This document shows, piece after piece, positions 1 through 12,500 of a stretch of 64,000 nt of DNA (positions are counted from its first letter, which is position 1; every line of letters begins with the position of its first letter). Position numbers and translations under genes: made by a program. Source of the stretch: Utricularia gibba. Lineage: Eukaryota; Plantae; Magnoliophyta. Where the stretch lies: positions 868,001-932,000 of the forward strand of contig NEEC01000011.1 of assembly GCA_002189035.1 (NCBI GenBank). Reading direction: 5' to 3'. The notes below the pieces were generated by a model, which ran no database searches, was not told the origin of the DNA, and saw only the letters and a list, made by a program, of their open reading frames with translations.

Positions 1-116
1 ATAGAAGAAACCCTTAAGGAGAGAGGGTTGGACTCTGAGAACTCTTCAACTTGTATCCTCTTCTTGGCCACCTCCGTATAGTGGATATTTTTTCCGGCGA
101 GCTTTGATAGCTCTGT
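1..116 (+). repeat. Partial 5' LTR, truncated and fused directly to RT
   Basis: Direct alignment to 6888-7003. Similarity stops at about 117, and RT codons (RLLNKIF...VYVDDM) follow within about 15 bp. Confidence 0.9.
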
Positions 117-134
117 TGTAGTCCTCGATGGAGG

Positions 135-2746
135 TTGTTGAATAAAATATTTTCTTCTGAAATCAGTACCTCGATGGAGGTATATGTAGACGATATGATC
201 GTGAAATCTATCAATGAGGACGACCATTTAGCGTATTTGGACTCTTGCTTCTCTCTATGTCGGTCGTACGGGTTAAAGCTCAACCCGCTGAAGTGTTGCT
301 TCGTAGTGCAAAGTGGAAAATTCTTTGGGCATTATGTATCGAAGAGAGGAATCGAAGCAGACCCCGAGAAGATTAAGGCAATATGCGAAATGCAACCCCA
401 AGGGCAATCAAGGAGTACCAGAGTCTCATAAGTAAATTGGCTGCCCTCAGCCGATTCATCTCTCGGTCTTTCGACAAGTCGGCATCGTTCTTCAAGGCCT
501 TGCGAAAGGGAAATACTTTAGAATGGAACGAGGATTGTCGGATTGCCTTCGAGAAGCTCAAAGAATATCTCTCATCACCCCCGCTTCTTGTAGCTCCGAA
601 GGAAGGGGAGCCCCTAGGACTATATCTATCCACATCACCTGTTGTGGTCAGCGCAGTTTTGACAACCATCTCGGTAGATAAACACTTGCAGGTTTATTAT
701 GTGAGCAAGGTTCTATTACCGGCCGAAACCCGGTATATGGTGACAGAAAAATTCATCTTGGCACTAAAGATGGCAGCCACTAAGTTAAGGTCATATTTCC
801 AAGATCGGCACATCGTGGTATTCACAAATGAGTCTCTGAAGAATATCCTATCTCGACCAGAGATTTCTGGAAGGGTTGCCAAGTGGGAGGTCGAATTGAG
901 TACAATGGATATTGAATTTAAGTCGAGAACAGCGATCAAGGCCCAACCTCTCGCCGATTTTGTGGTCGAAATGACCAGACCTATTGACAGTTTCGTAGAG
1001 ACCAACGACCGATCGACAATGTACGTCGACGGCTCCACATACAACGGGGCCGGTAGGGGAATCGATATCCGAACTCTAGACGGAGAACATATCTACATCA
1101 CGGTGAAGTTCCTATTCCCCCCCTCTAACAATGTAGCCAAATATGAGGCCTTGGTCGAAGGGATGAAAATTGCTAGAGAGCTTGGTGTTGCAGAGCTCGT
1201 CATTTATACGGACTCATGGCTAGTACAAGGACAGTATTCGGATGAATATGAAACCCACGACCCCCTGATGGCTCTGTATTGTCCTAAGGTGAAGGAGTTA
1301 GCAAGGACCTTCAAGGAGTACACTTTGTCACATATCGCACGCGAGGAAAATGGATCCGCGCACAGTCTCACCCGATTTGCAGCGGGTTTTTCGGGATTAA
1401 AGTAAGGGAGCGTGATGATCCGATTACGGGATCAGCCTTCGATAACCTTGCGGGCGGTGAATCATATTACCCAACGATTAGGAAACGACATCTCTCCGCA
1501 GCTGAGCCTCCTTGAAGATTGGACATCACCCTACATCCGATACCTGTAGAACGGAGAAAAGCCTCCCGGTAAAGCGGAAGCCCGACAATTGGAGATTAAG
1601 GTAAAGAGATATACGTTGATAAACGGAATTCTCTACCGAAGATCATTAGATGGACCCCAATTAAGGTGTGTCAGGACAAAGCACTCTCAAGAACTTATAA
1701 CCGATCTAAATGAAGGGGAATGCGGCAACCACGTCGGGATACGATCCTTGTGCAGGAAAGCTTTGAGAACCGGATATTAGTGGCCAACTATGAAGCGGGA
1801 TATTACCAAAATGGTGAAGAAGTGCAAAGTATGCCAATACCATGCAAGTATACCAAGAAAACCGGTAAACGGCCTAACCTCTCTTCCAATCTCATGCCCG
1901 TTCGATCGGTGGGTAGTGGATATTATGGCGCCATTCCCCCAAACCTCAGGCAAAAGGAAATTTGTCATCGTGGGAGTCGAGTATTTCTCCAAATGGGTAG
2001 AGGCTGAAGCCGTGGCAAAAATATAAGAGGAGACTGTTATTCGATTTCTGTGGAGAAATATCTTCATCGGGTTCGGGATTCCTCAAGAACTAGTGACCGA
2101 TAACAGGACCTAATTCATTGGAGGAAGATTGGATGCATTCCTGGATAAATATTCGGTCAAGCACAACTTCACTTCGGTGTATCATCTGCAGAGCAATGGT
2201 CTCATGGAGGTAACAAACCGAATGCTCAGACTAGTTATGAAGACTAAGCTTGAAGATTTCGGAGGGTCATGGGCAGATCGCTTGGAGGAGGTGTTGTGGT
2301 CGTATCGCACCACCCCTCGAACCACCACGAAAGAGTCTCCCTTCTTATTGGTTTACGGTTCAAAAGCCGTATGCCCAATTGAACTAATCCTAAAAAGCTA
2401 TCAGGTGGAGCACTATAATGAAAAGGAAAATGCTGACCTGCAAAAACTGGAGTTGGAGCTGTTGGAGGTAAAACAACAAAGCGTCTATAACCGACTAGGG
2501 GCTTATCAGAGAAGAATGGTGAAGAGTTACAACAAGTTGGTATACCCAAGGGAATTCTCCGAAGGAGATTTGGTGCTCCAAAGCATCTAACCACAGAGAT
2601 ATGTTGGGAAGTTTGACCGCAATTGGGAAGGCCCTTATCGGATTTCGAGGGTAATCAGAAAAGGAGCGTATCGTCTAGAACAGTTAGATGGCGTGGAATT
2701 CCCAAGGTCGTGGAATGCATCGCACCTAAGGAAATTCTACGCCTAA
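135..2746 (+). pseudogene. pol: Tat-type pol remnant (RT C-terminus, RNase H, aRH, integrase) with frameshifts and stops
   Basis: Motifs YVDDM, LYLSTS...YYVSKVL, MYVDGS...NNVAKYEAL, GECGNH...CKVCQ, DIMAPFP...VEYFSKWVEA and WNASHLRKFY, spread over several ORFs. Confidence 0.93.
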
Positions 2747-3010
2747 CTGGCTCAATATCAATCTCCATCACAGGTTTGCGCAGAATTCGGTATTCTTTTC
2801 CTCAAAACACTCAAGCGCCTATAAATTCCTCCAAAGTGGAGATGGGTAAACAAAACCAGAAGCCCTGGCCGAGTTGCGTAAGCCCAGACAGACCCTTGAA
2901 GATCTAAACCATAAGTTCTGGCCAAGTAACGTAAGCCCAGGGTAATCTCCTAAATCGGCATCCCTTGCCGGATACAACAAATCAACTTGGGGCTTCCCTG
3001 ATATATATAT

Positions 3011-3500
3011 CTGTGATCTCCCAAACCCAGGCGCTAGGGACAAGAGTAAGCCCTGGTACAATTCGGGCACCGGTTTCCATCAACTGCACGCGTAAGCCTC
3101 GAAAAGCCCTTAAGTATTGACCTTATTGTCGAAATCTCGAGACGGCAAGAGCACCCAAAACAAATACACCCATGTTCAAAACAATGGGATTCGGCCAGAA
3201 GAGGGCCCTTTCGGATTGGAGAAGTCGCTCAACCCATGAGGGGTTCCGACCTACTTCCCTAGCAGCGGTTCAGCTCGTATGAGGAAATACTAAGGCAAAC
3301 CAAAATCAAAAAGCCCAACCAAAGGGTTGGAAAAAAAAACACCCTCCCCCTGGATCACAAAAGTCTAGGCGAACCTTTCGAGCCTAAGCCCGTAATGGAC
3401 ACGACAAACCAACTCGCGGATTCCCCTGAAATGTGACATCACCAAAACCCAGGCTTCCATGACTAAGGTAAGCCCTGGTACAATTCGGGCTTCACTTTCC
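3011..3500 (+). repeat. Degenerate repeat module in the 3' UTR of the Tat element
   Basis: GTAAGCCCTGGTACAATTCGGGC occurs exactly at 3046-3068 and 3468-3490 (422 bp apart), each preceded by AACCCAGGC. Shorter CGTAAGCCC motifs lie upstream. Confidence 0.7.
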
Positions 3501-3853
3501 TAAACCATCTGAGTAAACTCCAAAAAAGCCCCAAAGCGGGGTCCTCACCGCTAGGCCTTGAAGCGGCAAACACAATTGGAATAAATTTGACTGAAAGATG
3601 CAGAAGACCCACCCGAACCGAAGAAAGGATTCAATTCGCGAGGGGGTTCCGAGCTATACCCTTAGCACGTATGCATGCAGAGAAGTCCCACTGGGAGATT
3701 AGCGAATCACGCAACATATTAAATGAGGAGATCAACGAGGGCAATAGTGACGTGCAAAAACTGGGTAAACTAGAAGGTATAAATCCCGAATCGGGATACC
3801 AAAAATGTTAAAAAAGCCCCACAGCAGGGGGACAAACACCAAGTCACGAAAAA

Positions 3854-6120
3854 CTAAGATGCAGGAGGAGATGGGGAATTAACAGGAGGATCCGCAGAGG
3901 AACCGGCATGCCTTTCCATCCTGGCTCTCAGCTTAGCATCATTCTCTCGCCCTATCCTTGCCCGAATCAGCACAGTCAGACGCTCCCTATCAGCCTTAAA
4001 CCCGAACTCCGGAGCTTGATATATGTCAGCGATGACATCCAACATATTCTCATCCTTCCTTAGTGGGTCGATCCCTGCGAAACGCAGATATTGATGGAAA
4101 GCCCAAACTCGCAACTAAACTGACGCCTTTGCCGATACAAGAGAAGGCCGATTAAATCCCCGGCGTAAATATCTGATAACTCGAAAAAGCAGGCCGAGTA
4201 CACGAAATCTTCCAAAAGTCTCCCGCGAGATGCCTCCATGTTGAGCAGCTCCGCCTCCAGGGCCGAAACGCGATCCTTGGCTTGTTTCAACTCTGCCTCC
4301 ACTTCCTCGAGTTGCACTTTAAAACTCTCTTTCTCGGAGTTGGTGTCGTCAATTGCCTTCCGCATTTCACCAACCAGGTTCTGCAACTTCTCTTCTCGGC
4401 GGGTACGCTTCCCAAGCATACTTCTCAATGCGCTCCCTTCTTCCCCCATTGATTTTATCTTGGCATCTTGAGCCGCGATTTGAGCTTGAAGCCGAGAGAT
4501 TTCCTCCGAATGGGATCCCATTTCCCTGGCCATCCCCCACCGAAGGTCAAAGCCTAGGATAAAATCGGTAAATGAGGAACCGGATATATATGATCCAAAA
4601 AAAGAGCGAGAATACCTGCCAAATTCCTTTAAGTATAATTTCTGGCTGAACTCCCGAAAGATTGGGGGTAGCCTCTTCTAAGGCCCTTCGCAGCTCCAAG
4701 GGAAATGAAGAAGGGGAAGAGCGGGATCCTCCCTTTCCTAAATCGGAGGAGTAGAAACCCCCCTGCATTACTCGAAGGAACTGATGTAGAAGCATCGACC
4801 GAAATAAATCCAGTGCCGAGAACGGGATCATCGCTGGGTATTGGTGAAGGCAAGAGCCTTTCATTTCCTTTTCTCGATGGAGGAGGAGTCGATTCCCAAG
4901 TCCGGGAAACCTGAACCCCTTGATCCTCCAGGAGGTGACCGGCAGCATCTGAGTGAGCTGAGGGTGAATCGGCGTGAGAGGAAAGTTAAAAGGTTAGAGT
5001 CAGGTACTCTTAGCAACGGGCCACCAGAAATCAGACAAACCTGCTCAGAAGGAGCCGCATCCGATTCCTGCATTCAACGCATCTCAGCCAAGAAACGTGC
5101 CATCACTGAATCCTCCATGGCGTTCCTTCGTGCCATCTCTTCCGCTACATATGAAAATCGGAAAAGTGGTAAAGCATGACATGAATATTGTAGCACCGAA
5201 AAGCAAACCCTAACTACCTCCACGCGTCTTAGAAGGTTTCTGGGTGCAGACTTTAACCCTTTTCCTTTTCTTTTGAGTTGAGGGTCGAACGGAGGATTCA
5301 GGAACCGAATCAGAGGGAGTGGGGCTATTGGACCGGAAGCAGGAGGCGCTGCCGACTCAGAAGGGATATGGGGTGGAGATTGTAGGAGGTGACGGTATTC
5401 TAATGCAGAACCTGGTGGAATAACGAAGTCAGGCCATTGCCCATCCCGATTATGACATAGAACCCCACTGGCCAGTAAGGAATCACACGAAAGCATTAAG
5501 ACCCGAGACTCGAACCTAACAGAACAGTCACCCAGTCTACGATATACCTCCCTACGAGATTCATTAGAGGGGCAAAAACGAACAAAGAGCTTTACTTTGA
5601 AAGGGGTTGGGGGTTTAACTGGAAAGTTACACCTAGCCCCCAACTAGGGAGCGACCCAGATAAAAGAAGACCACCAGTCGTGGTGAGTATCGGGAGTTTT
5701 TAAAATGAAGTCAGGGTGGTCTTCAAACCGGCGAAACTGGAAGTGGGAGAAGCAATGCATCGGATGTTTTGCCTTACGAACAGCGATCTTGAAGAGTTGA
5801 AAGAAATCAACTAGCGTCATGTTCGGATCCATGCCCGCCGAATAGAAGAGAAATATGGTGAAGTAGAAGATCGAATTAGGGGCGAGGCAATAGAGTGGAA
5901 CCGAAAACATGTTGAGAAATTGAACAAGTAAAGGATGGAGAGGAAATCGGAGGCCGCTTTCTAAGTAGGCGAGGGGATCGGAAGGCTGAAGTGGGGAAGA
6001 GGCCTTTCCCCGGACCCACAAGGCATCTAGCTGTCCCTCGCCAGGGAAATAAAGTATTCCTCAGGAATCGAATATCTAGACCGAATAGCAAGTATGTTCA
6101 ACTCACTAGACTTCCTACCA
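3854..6120 (-). pseudogene. Antisense extra ORF of the Tat element: Transposase_28/TRP28-like N-terminal domain, disordered middle, C-terminal coiled coil
   Basis: ORFs 5644-6021, 5074-5643 and 4861-5073 are in one frame, separated by single stops, and 4060-4533 is in the same frame. Motifs RYSIPEEY, ESGLRFPLHPLLVQFL...LAPNS and DWWSSFIWV; heptad-rich EEISRLQAQ...LEAEL. Confidence 0.8.
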
Positions 6121-6402
6121 ATATTGCTTTTAGGAATCGAAAAAGGAAGGAGTTTCAAAGGGCTCGAAAGAAAAGAGTGGAAACCCTAAGAAAAAGGAGG
6201 AAGAGGCTGAAGGGAGATTCGAAGATCTAACGGAGAATAGAGCGGACTCACGAATACAAAAATTGTGGAGAGGGCACGGATACCTTAAAAGTCTGCACTA
6301 TCTGGTGGGAAACACGGCGGCGAGCACAGCGAAGTTAAAAGAGCACTAGAGCCTCGCGAGCGAACAAAGAAAGTAAAAGAGAGAAATGACAGGGGGCGTA
6401 CA

Positions 6403-6410
6403 TATTTATA
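6403..6410 (-). promoter_or_regulatory. Candidate TATA box for the antisense ORF
   Basis: The minus strand reads TATAAATA, followed by a pyrimidine-rich leader, about 280 bp upstream of the antisense coding region. Confidence 0.4.
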
Positions 6411-6631
6411 ATGGAGACATTCGGGAGACAAAGGGACGTGACGTTTGAGGTGCCCAAAATGAGCGGGAAAAAACGTGGCGTGTTTATGAGCTGACACATG
6501 ACAGAGGTATCAGACCAAAGCGGTTTGCGGATCATTTGTGAAAAACGGCACCTCATGAATCGGTGTTGTTAGTAATTCTAATCTCCCGACTAACCCCAAA
6601 AGGGGAAATATCGGCAAATCAGAGGGCTGAG

Positions 6632-7136
6632 TGATGGGGGATAAATCGGTTAGGTGTAATCGGCTTCTAAAAGTCTGCCAAAAGAGACTCTGAGGGGATA
6701 ATGCCAGTCGACAGACCAATAACTGTCAGAAATCTGACAGATACGGCCACATGGCAATGTCTGAAAAAGCGGCCGACTTACGACATGACATGCTGGCGAT
6801 ATCTGAAAAGCGAGATCGCATAGCAGGAGCATAAAGCAGCCGACGTTTGCAGACGCCAGGATTCGGCCTAGTTGAGCTTTCCAATAAATAGAAGAAACCC
6901 TTAAGGAGAGAGGGTTGGACTCTGAGAACTCTTCAACTTGTAACCTCTTCTTGGCCACCTCCATATAGTGGATATTTTTTCCGGCGAGCTCCGATAGCTC
7001 CGTGGTTTTTCCATCTTCCGGCGGTTTCCACGTAAAAATCTTCCCTTACTCTCATTTCAACCGAACCAACCGTGAAAAACGTGATTAAGTGTGATATTCC
7101 CGATTACACTCGTCACCCTAAAATCGGCCCCCATCG
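6632..7136 (+). repeat. 3' LTR of the Tat element (505 bp)
   Basis: Terminal inverted repeat TGATGGGGG...CCCCCATCG (last base A>G), a purine-rich tract upstream, and the segment matching 1-116. Confidence 0.8.
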
Positions 7137-7176
7137 GACATTGATTTTACCCACAAAAAAATTATTCTACTAGAAC

Positions 7177-7939
7177 TAGAGGTGCAATCAGTTTCAAATT
7201 GTATGGTTTCGGTTTGGAACCACACAGTTTCAGCGAACTGTCACATTAACAGCAGTTCAGCATTGACCACGGTTTCGGTTTCGGTTCGGAACCATATTTG
7301 AAACCTGGAATCAAACTGAAACTGGAACCGAAACCAGTAGGTTGCGGTTTGAATGTAATGATACATTCAATTGAGAAACTTTCGTTAACTAATTAAACTT
7401 GTCTTGAAGGTGGATATAGTGGGTTAGTTGTAAATTATTAAACCCATTGCATAATTTTGTTTTTTGAACGATTTAAAGATGAATTTTGACCTAATTAGTG
7501 AATAGTTGGTGGAATTTTTTTTAGGCACCCAAATTTGCTATGGTGAATATCAAAAAGCTGAAAATTCTTACTCTAGATACCCATATTGCTTGGACACAAA
7601 CCATGTGGGTGTTTGGGAAGTACGTCTGGAATCATTTCCTAGACACCCACATTGCCTCGTGTGGGTGTCTAAGAACTAAGTTTGGAAGACTTAATCTAGA
7701 CACCCATATTGGCTCATGTGGGTTTCTCAAAAGTACATATGAGAATTTTTAAATATTTTAATTCAAATTATATGGTTCACAGTTTAGAACCTTAGTTTAG
7801 TTAGTTCTACACAGGTTGGAACTGATAGTTCCACGGTTCAAAGTATGTGAAACCTAACCAAAATTGTAAGGACATTTATATTCTAGAACTAAACTGGAAC
7901 CGGAAGCGTCGTTTTCAGTTCGAACTGATTGCATTTATA
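7177..7939. mobile_element. hAT-family MITE
   Basis: Exact 8-bp TSD ACTAGAAC (7169-7176 and 7940-7947). TIRs TAGAGGTGCAATCAGTT / AACTGATTGCATTTATA match 14/17. Many subterminal GGTT(T)C/GAAACC motifs. Confidence 0.9.
7574..7728. repeat. Three tandem hairpin units inside the MITE
   Basis: TAGA(C/T)ACCCA(C/T)A...TGTGGGT units start at 7574, 7640 and 7697. The middle unit has a perfect 12-bp stem. Confidence 0.8.
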
Positions 7940-8579
7940 ACTAGAACATCACATTTTAAAAATTATCAAAATAAGGCATCACGTTTCAAAAAAATTATAG
8001 ATGTTGTGCATCACGTTTTAAGAATTACAATTTTGGTTTTTCATTTTCAAAAAATATGAAATTTATCTTGTATATAAGCTACATGATAGAGCTATATAAG
8101 AAAAATTAGTAACATGTTTCAAAATAACATAGAACTTTATTCAATTTAAAATTATCATGAGTATTATTTTAATAAGAAGGCCAAGTAAGTAGGTCTATTA
8201 GTGCTCTTCACCAGTTTTGAGATCTAGAGAAGCCATTGTGCCTTTTACACTTTACAAGTTTTACTCAATAGTAGTGACAAACTGGAGGTAACTTGATTTT
8301 ACGTCTCAAATGGGATTTGGAAGAAATGTTTTCTTAATCACCTGGAATGGGAGAACCTAGAGGTACAATGAGAGTCTCTAATTTCATAAGACATCATATG
8401 TAAGTCTGGGGTTTAGTTGAATCTTCATATGTAATGTGCTTTTCAATCATCAACATGCTTCTTGCCAAATCGATCACATTTATACATCTTCTCACCATGT
8501 TTACATGAAAAATGTCTTTTGATTCTAGTGAGATCACTAAGGATTTCTTTGTATACTCGCTCAGTGTATATTATCACCC

Positions 8580-8800
8580 GCACAACTGGTCATCGTAGCT
8601 ATCGTGAGCTAAATATGCTTATAAATCCAGCTATCATTCCCTCATCTGCATGTCACCTTTTGAAGCTATTTATGGTAGGCCACCTCCATCCATCCGACAA
8701 TGCCACCCGCAGGAAGCAACCGCTGCTGATTTGGATGTGCTGCTACGCAAGAGAACTGATATTTTGGCCACCTTGAGGAACCACATTAGTGCAGGTTAGG
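8580..8800 (+). pseudogene. Ty3/gypsy (chromovirus-like) integrase C-terminal fragment
   Basis: Translates to ...YKSSYHSLICMSPFEAIYGRPPPSIRQ...LATLRNH, resembling the YNTSYHSSIGMTPFEAVYGRPPP motif. Confidence 0.7.
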
Positions 8801-9591
8801 CACATATATAGTATGGGGAAGCCGAGTGAGATGGATCTATAGAAGAGGGTACCAATTGGAGGCTAGCAATGCACAACGCAGCAATCAGTTGTATGAAAGA
8901 GTTTGTAGCTCACTATCTCGGAGCCATAGAGCTTCAGGGACTTTGTATGAACACAAGGATTTTGAACTAAGTACAATGCTCAAAAGTTACAATTGTGTGC
9001 GTGCTTCCTTCTATTTATATACTAATCTAAAGACCATTAAGTCTAGGAGGTTGTTAGCTCGCTGATAGACTGACCTAGTTTCAAGCTGAAATTATCAAGG
9101 ATATGCCACTATTTTGCTATCTCCTTTTGTCGCCTTTCTATTGTCATAGCATAATTTTCGGCTAGTACATTCTAGGCTTTCTTTGGAGATCAGCATCCCA
9201 AGATCAGATCATATGCTTTGTCGACAACCACCAAAATGAGTGCATGGATCGCCTTCTTTCTTTTCTTTCTATGCTTCACTATAAAATTAACAATTAAACA
9301 TAATTAAAAATTTGTGATTTTCATATCATAAAAGTAGGAAAATTTGTGTGCTATCATACTTGCTACAACGACACTAGACTTGTCCCAACTCCTACCTAAA
9401 ACTAATAGAGAATTGGTTCCTTCAGCATCAATTATGAACATAAAAACTGAGAGTAAATTTCGATGCATGAGCAACATAAGTGTAAGTGTACATGTCATTT
9501 CATCACTCAAATGTGCATGAGTAGATTCCTCTTTAGGAGTGTTTTCAAAGATCATACCTTATAGAATTGATCCTCCAAAGTAAGGTCACGG

Positions 9592-12500
9592 TTGCCAACC
9601 CATTTTTTTCTCTCTTTTTTTTTTCTTTTTTTTTTGAGTAGTGAAGGGGCAGCTTGTTCTAGGCTAATCTCGGTATATTGTCAATGCCTTTTCCTTATCA
9701 GAGTGTTGGCCAAGCACTCACACCTTATAACACCAGGCTCCTTCATACTCCTCCGGATTAGTCTATCCCCGGTCACACCCAAAACGAACCAACAGGGTGC
9801 TGGAACATGGTCTAGGAAGGCCCAAGCAGGTGCAAATGAAAACCGTTTGCAATCAACGTTTGTGCAGGGATGGCAAGAAAACAGGGCTTTTGAACCTCAA
9901 CATCATGATGAGCAGAACAGCAACCCACGAACTCCAAGGCGAGGAGTGAACTCTCCTCCAAGGTGGGAAGGAGAAGACCGTTGGGGTTACAATGGAGCAA
10001 ACCGACGTGGCAACCAAAATCTTCATCACGAGCAGAGGTATGAATTTGCAGGAAATCCTAAAAGGGAAAATCATGGAAGATAAAGGTAGATGCCTAGGAG
10101 GAATGTGCATGCTGAAGAAGCATCTAGCAAAGAGGAAGGACCAGAACTAGTACACAGGGAACCACCTGCACAAGCTAGGAATCATCGTGCAGGAAGAGAC
10201 AGGTACGTGCGCAAGGAGCAGAATGCTAACAGATTTGCTGTTGATCCTTGGGATGAAGTTCCTTTAGGTGATAGTTTTCGCCACACGAGGAAGCCTAGTC
10301 CAATTTCTGCACCAGCCATCAATGTGCGAAATTCCAACTCCAGCCTTCATTGATCACCATGGTGCAACAAATCCCATTTCGTGGAGAACCCGGTGAGGAT
10401 CCCGAAGAACACAGTGCAATTTTTCTCATGTATCGTGACTTGGTGGTGGAACGAGGAGTCTCTGATGATGCGATCAGGTTATGTTTATTTCCGTTTTGGT
10501 TATGGGGATCAGCCAGGAGATGGTTAGACTCTCTACCATCCAACTCTATTTGCACTTGGGAAGAGTTGGAGGATGCATTTTTGGACAAATATTTTGAACC
10601 CACAAAGTACTTTAACACCAGGTTCGAGATCACCAATTTTTCACAGGATGAAGGAGAAGGAATAGCAGCAGCTTGGGAGAGATTTAAGGAAATTACACGA
10701 GTCACGGATAAGCATGGACTCAGCCCTGCTGCTATGATCATGTGCTTTCATGATGGTCTGACTGCGCAAGCTAAGGGACTGCTTATTGCGGGTATTGGAC
10801 CCCTGGACCAGGTAACTCCTAGATCGGCTTGGGAACTAATTGATGAGTTTGCAAAATGACAGGCACAATGGTCTCAACCAACAAGGAATTTGAAAACTGG
10901 AGTTCCGGACAACACACGTGACACAACTGTCTCAAAGATTTCCGACACATTGCTCAAGTTCAAGCAACCTCAGAGAAGACAGAGAGTGAGGTAGAAGAGG
11001 AAGGTACGAATGTTAATTTTGTGAATTTTCAGGGAAAACTTGTGCAAGGAGCTTCGATCCCTGCACAAGGGAACAATTGGGGAAATCAGGGCAACACTTG
11101 GCAGAACCAGAATAGAAACCAATAGTAGCCCCAACGAACACTCTTACGAGATACGCTCAATCAATTCATGGAGAAACAGGAAGGGCTGAACCAAGGAATG
11201 CTGGAGCATATCAAACAAGTAAATGGATTGGTGGTTGAACAACTTAAGCAAACAAGAGGAGAAATTTCAGACCAAAAGACAAGGGTGAATGGAATGAATG
11301 AGCATCTGAAGAAACTCGGGATAACAACTCACATCCTGGACAGTCGGATGAGTAATTTCGCTCAAACCCACAAAGCTTCAAGGCTCCCAAGTCAACCAGA
11401 GAAAACTCTTGCTGAATGCAAAGCTGTGGCAACGAGGAGTGGGATGCAAACTGCAACAACAGCAGTCCCTGTGCAAGTAGATGAATTGCTGGATGTTCCA
11501 TTGTAGGTGTCTCTACCTTCTTACAATCCTCCAATTCCTTATCCAAAGAGACAAGCCAAGTCATCAGTGGATCAGCAATATTCCAAGTTTCTGGAGATGC
11601 TAAAAACGCTTCATGTCAACATCCCATTCACTAATGTGATATTGCAAATGCCCACTTATGCGAAATTCTTGAAGGATATTCTAGCCAATGGAAGGAAGAT
11701 TGAGAATGATGCTATTATTAAATTATCCAAGCAATGCAGCACGGTTCTTACACAAGGGCTGATTCAAAAGCATGCAGATCATGGAATTTTTTCAATCCCT
11801 TGTATCATTGGAAGAAGCAATTTTGAGAAGTGCTTATATGATCTTGGGTCTAGTATCAACTTGATGCCTTATTCTTTATTCAAAGCACTGAATCTTCAGG
11901 AGCTGAGAACCACGAAAATTCAACTAGTATTTGCTGATAAATCCATGAAGAATCCTAAAGGAGTGGTAGAAAACGTACCAGTAAAAATTGGAAAATATTT
12001 TGTTCCTTATGATTTTGTTGTTTTGGATATGAAACTTGATGTGGAGGTGCCAATCATTTTTGGGAGACCCTTTATGGCAACCACAGGAGCCTTAATTCAT
12101 GTTAGAGCAGGGAAATTGACACTCAGATTCGGAGAAGAGGAACTAGAGTTTAATGTTGATCAAGCAATGAAGCGATTTGACTACGATGAGCTTGCACAAG
12201 GAGAAGCGGAAGATGTTGTTACACAGGAGCATGCACCAGCAGTTTTTTTGCGCGAAATTCAGGAAGGAATGCCATTTGGTTTGTGCAATGCTCCTAGAAA
12301 GGCATTGTGCTTGGACATCACATTTCTTCCAAAGGCATTCAAGTGGATCCAGCAAAACTCGAGGTGATTGAAAAAATACCAGCACCAACTACGGTAAAAG
12401 GGATTAGAAGCTTTTTGGGGCATGCAGGATTTTATAGGAGGTTTATTGCTAATTTTTCTCACATTTCTCGCCCACTAACAGTGCTGCTTTCACAAGACGC

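Larger units (their letters stand above)
1..7136 (+). mobile_element. Ty3/gypsy LTR retrotransposon, Tat/Retand-like, internally deleted and decayed; the 5' LTR begins before the window
   Basis: Bases 1-116 match 6888-7003 with 5 mismatches (LTR pair). The pol order is RT, RNase H, second (archaeal-type) RNase H, integrase, which is diagnostic of Tat. It has a long 3' region with an antisense ORF. Confidence 0.92.

Noticed and set aside
373-1044. Minus-strand ORFs overlapping pol, and similar shadow ORFs over other TE genes
   Set aside because: Antisense shadows of coding sequence with no independent motifs.
7574-7728. Hairpin repeats as a CRISPR-like array
   Set aside because: Only three degenerate units, no unique spacers of constant length, no cas genes, and a eukaryotic MITE context.
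8830-9560. Possible LTR between the integrase fragment and the Athila
   Set aside because: TATA-like and PPT-like motifs are present, but I could not define termini or a TSD.
9592-10083. 163-aa ORF as a host gene
   Set aside because: It starts at a non-ATG codon in a T-run, has low complexity, and leads into Athila gag; most likely the element's leader or gag extension.
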